Source of the DNA: Lama glama
Lineage: Eukaryota
DNA: 64,000 bases
NCBI GenBank assembly: GCA_028534125.1
Contig: CM052817.1
Span: 2,172,001 to 2,236,000 of the forward strand
Direction of reading: 5' to 3'
The notes beneath the pieces are model-generated. The model had not been told where the DNA came from, did not search any database, and saw nothing but the letters and a program-made list of their open reading frames with translations. A program made the translations under genes and the position numbers. Every line of letters starts with the position of its first letter. Position 1 is the stretch's first letter. Positions 60,191 to 64,000 of the stretch are shown in pieces.

Positions 60191-62424
60191 CATCCGTGCG
60201 GGGGACGACTCACAAGCGTAGTGGGAGGGGAACAGTCAGCCACCACGGGCACATGGCTGCTCCAGCCCTCCCCTCCGCAGCTGGTCAGGAGCCAGCGTCC
60301 GCAACTCTAAGGTCCTTCCCCACCCACCCCATGTTCCCCTTCCCCTCTTCTGGCACCAACACTTCATTCCCTCTGCTCTGTGGCCTTTGTGAGCCTGTCT
60401 GCATTGGGTACTGAATTTTCTTTTGTCCTTTATTACTGAGCGAGGATGTGCTAAGAGGCCCCCCAGTGACTCTCCTGGGTCCAGCCAGAGTCCCCCTGAC
60501 CCAGTGTCTCCCGGAGGGTGGGCACCCCAGGCGGTAGAGGAATGCCTTCTCTGCCTGCTGCCCTGGTGTTACGCACGGAAGGCCGGGGTGAGAGCTCAGC
60601 TTGCAGGTGCAGGGAACCACACACCTTCCTGGGACCCTGGGGCTTTCAGACCCGCCAAGCTCAATGCCCCGGGGAGGCAGCGACCCTGTTCAAGGGCGTT
60701 ACCTGGCGTAACAGTGACAGGGCCGCTCCCATCTTCACACCTTGGCGTCCAGTCGTGGATGGGGAATTGTGGGAAATGACACCAGATGTCAGCCACTGGC
60801 CTAAAACACATGACACGTCCTCAGGGCGACGTCCTGATGGGTCCAGGAGCGAGTCTGCGTCAGCCTTTCTGCTCTTCCTTCAGGCCAGCTGTGTCCAGGC
60901 GATGAGGGGTGTGTTAGACCAGTGAAATCCGTGGACGTAAGCCCATTGCCGCACGTCTTTCAGAGGAGATTGAACTCCTTGGTTGAGGGGGGCATGCCGG
61001 CAGTGAGCAGAGCTTTCTGCAGGACCATGGAGAGCGGTGCCGGCCAATCTCTGAGTTTGGGAAGGCCGTCCTCATCCTGCCGACTCATCTGCCCCCACGA
61101 GGGCATTCCTGGCTACGGACAGGACCTCGAGTACCTTTGTGCAGGGTGCAAAGTTACAAGAGCAGCTTCGTCATAGTCTTTCCCCGGTCCCTCACTTTGG
61201 AAGGACCTTACAGAATCATCCCACCAACATGGCGCCCCAGGGATGGTACCTCGTTCCAGGGTCAGTGTTGGCCTCTGACAGGTGGTTGGCAGACAGATCC
61301 TGCCGCGGTGCTAGGGCCAGACCGGCCTTGGCGAGGCGCCCCAAGGTCACTGGGCTCCCGCACAGCCTCCAGCAGCACCGCCCTCCTTGCCCACCCCTCC
61401 CCTGTCCCCGCACTGGTTCCCAGGCAACCATGCCGGGTGGAGTGCAGGACCAGAGCAGGCCAAGCTGCAGACTTTTCAAGAGAAGGCAGAAATTTGGATG
61501 GTTAGAAAAATGTCCTGGTTTTAAAATATTGATTACTAAGTCAAATCTAAACAAGCAAATGTACAACTAATGACAAAAAACCCCCAGACAAACACAGGAG
61601 GGGCTAAGACTGGGGGCTGGGCAGGGGTCCCACTGCTTGGCCGTGGGATTGATGGGCTGTGGCCACTGGGCCATACCAAAGTGCTCATTGATTGTTCTGG
61701 TCTGCGTGTCTTGAATGATGGAAATGGGCTGATGTCCATGCAGTGGGGGAAGGGGAGGGCACTGGGACCGCATGGCCGACTTCCTGTGGCACCAGCGTTC
61801 TGCCACGTGCACTGTGGCCTCCCACACAACCCTGGAGGCAGGAAGACCACTCCACTGACTTCCCCAGAGGTCAGGGCAGCCCTGAGATGGGCCCAGAGGA
61901 CACAGGGACCCTGGAGCCTGGATTTAGGGGGTCAATGGCTGTGGTGGGGGCAGGAGGAGAGGCAGGTGTGACCACCTCCACCTGGGTCCCCAGTGCTTTG
62001 GTGGAGGAAGCATGGGTGACCGGGAGCATGGCTTGGGGATGTATCTGACTAATGTCTGTGCTCAGGAAGGCCTCCAGGAGGAGTGGGGGCCAAGTTCGAT
62101 GCAGGCCTGTGAATGGGGTGTCAGGGATTGTGTTGTGGCAGTGGGGCAGGGGGTGGGTTCTCAGGTGGGAGGGGCTGAGAGGTGAGGGAACTGCCGGTGT
62201 GCACGTGGAGTCGCACTGGGACCAGAGCTCCCCTTGGGCGGGTCCTGCCCCACGCTTCCTCCTTTGCTGAGGATCAGGGATCCCTCACAAGTGGCCCAAA
62301 TGCCCCAGGACAGGGCGTTGGCCACACACATACGTTCACCCACAGAACGGGACCACCATAAATTACAAGCCTCGGGGCCTTGTGAAAAAAATGATGTTGA
62401 TACTCTGTGGTCCTGGTTTCTTAA

Positions 62425-62570
62425 AAAGTATGCAACAGAAATGACCATCAGAGCTTTATTATTGGTGGAAAAAATGAAAAACCGCCTGCATGTCTAACAC
62501 TGGGGAAGAATTCAGATAAATTCAGCAGCATCCGAGTCAGTCTGAATTCTACAGAGCAATTCAGAACCAC
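62425..62570 (+). mobile_element. L1ME-type 3' fragment
   Basis: catcagagctttattattggtggaaaaaatgaaaaaccgcctgcatgtctaac...ataaatt...gaattctacagagcaatt. Confidence 0.6.
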
Positions 62571-63599
62571 GCCTCTCGGGACCCTGATGCTGCGGGGAAG
62601 ATGCCCTGGCACTGCCCCATGGGTTTATCTGTGTGAGTCATTTTCGTGTATTTCATGCTTTAATCACATGGAATAATTAATTCGAGGAGATTATTTCAAA
62701 CCCCCAAACCTGACAAACCACCAAGACACGGTGTGAAAGCTGGCCGTGTTTCTGGGCTGTTTGGAGAGGCCTGCCGCAGAGGCACCAGGGGCTGGACTGC
62801 TCTTCCTCCCTAAGGCCCATCCTATCTTCTGTCACCTGGGAAGTGAGCAGGAGGGAAGCGGGCTGCGGCTTCGGAAGTTTAGAGCAGGGAAGACGGCTCT
62901 GCTGTGCTCAGGAAGGGTGGGGCAGGAGTGCCCGGCAGCCTCTTTTCTGGGCTCCCAGGAAAGGCTAGGTGATTTGGATTTGGGTTCGCAGGGGAACCTT
63001 TCCTCGCCCGAGGGCCCTGCCTGGCTCCGAAATGCAGGGGATCGGGCTGGGCAGACAGACGTGGACGATGGGTGGGAGCCCTGCAGCCCACACGGCATCA
63101 ACACCCAGGGAGCGCTCCTCCACCCCCGCGCTGTCCAGGTCCCCAGGTGGCTCTCAGCCCCATGCTCCGGGTCCCCGGGGGCCTGCTGCTGCGTGGCGGA
63201 GGGTGTTGCCGCAACGGAATCACAGAGAATTCTGGCGTCTCCAGGCTGTGTGCTTTCTAGGGGAGGAGTCACAGGTCTTGCCAGTAACTCAAAAGGATCC
63301 TAGGATGCCCAAGACAACTGCTGTCCCCTCTGCTGTGCCCCAGGCGGGCATGACAGCCTGGCCCTCATTGCTCTGAGGGTGAGCAGGAGGCAGGTGCAGA
63401 CAGGGGCACAGCCTGGAGTGGGGGTGCAGGCAGGTGCCGGGGGACACTGCCTGGAGGAAGGGGCTCGGGGCAAATGAGGGGTGGGCACCTTCTTCACAGT
63501 TATGGGAAAACCACAGCTTGCAGGGGAGCGTCCCAAAGCCGTGGGCTGCCTGCCGGGGCTCCTGGTTGAGGACCGTCGCTGGCGGAGCCCCAGCACCGC

Positions 63600-63870
63600 C
63601 TGTCAGACCGCCTGCATCTCCCTCCTTAAAATCTTGCACTTCCTTGCAGTGCTTATACAAAGTCACCTAGAGGGCCTGCAGGTCTTCGTTCTGGAGGACC
63701 TTCTGCTCGTTAGCCTGCTTCCGGCCACGCTGCGTGATCACGTCATGCGGTTGGATCATGGGCTGCAGAGCGCTGGTGGCTCTGCCGTCTTTTACTCACC
63801 GACCTCCCTGGCACTGCTCTCTAAGAGCTGCGCTGCCTGGTCCTGTGGCTGCATCTTTTCCTGCATCCTT
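63600..63870 (-). mobile_element. Probable L1 ORF1 C-terminal remnant
   Basis: Minus-strand gctcttagagagcagtgccagggag, agcagaaggtcctccagaacgaagac and gcactgcaaggaagtgc are colinear with ORF1 atcttgaaagcagccagag, gcgaaaatatccttcaaaaatgaagg and gcactacaagaaatgc. Confidence 0.45.
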
Positions 63871-64000
63871 AATGGCCTCCCCGGGTTCATTCCTAGTGGT
63901 GGCCCTGCTGGGTGGGGATGCTTCCACACCTGAGGTGCACTTCGCCACCCTGCAGAGGTGTCCTGCAGGAGGTGTCCACCGGGACCACGTCTTGGCTGGA

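Noticed and set aside
63440..63780. Minus-strand coding-like frame with a degenerate C-x7-C pattern (PCKLWFSHNCEEG) suggesting a CCCH zinc-finger pseudogene
   Set aside because: The third Cys and the His are absent, an in-frame stop is present, and the adjacent DNA is better explained as an L1 ORF1 remnant.
1..64000. A previously undescribed multi-gene or RNA-guided system; naming a specific host gene or locus
   Set aside because: No intact transposase, RT, nuclease, repeat-spacer array or multi-exon gene is supported. The locus cannot be identified without an alignment.

Overview
Mammalian genomic DNA, most likely a camelid (alpaca/llama/camel). The basis is two tRNA-Ala-derived SINEs with target-site duplications that resemble the camelid vic-1 family, plus artiodactyl-type L1 3' ends. 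The window is very GC-rich, consistent with a subtelomeric isochore, and looks intergenic or intronic. I find no supportable protein-coding gene. Almost all ORFs in the track are chance ORFs of GC-rich DNA; the only recognisable translations are decayed LINE-1 ORF1/ORF2 pieces and a candidate piggyBac transposase fossil. The rest is interspersed repeats (L1/HAL1, MLT1/MLT2 solo LTRs, MIR, L2, MER20, MER58), microsatellites, one 500-N assembly gap, CpG-rich patches and several AT-rich, motif-dense non-repeat blocks that look like enhancers. Repeat names come from my memory of consensus sequences, not from a search, so subfamilies and edges are approximate. I see no evidence of a new biological system. 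The best leads are: (1) a degenerate piggyBac-like transposase C-terminus at ~27.7-28.2 kb; (2) old AT-rich repeats that appear rewritten into CpG-island-like DNA, a possible GC-biased gene conversion signature; (3) a cluster of candidate regulatory elements at 43-55 kb.
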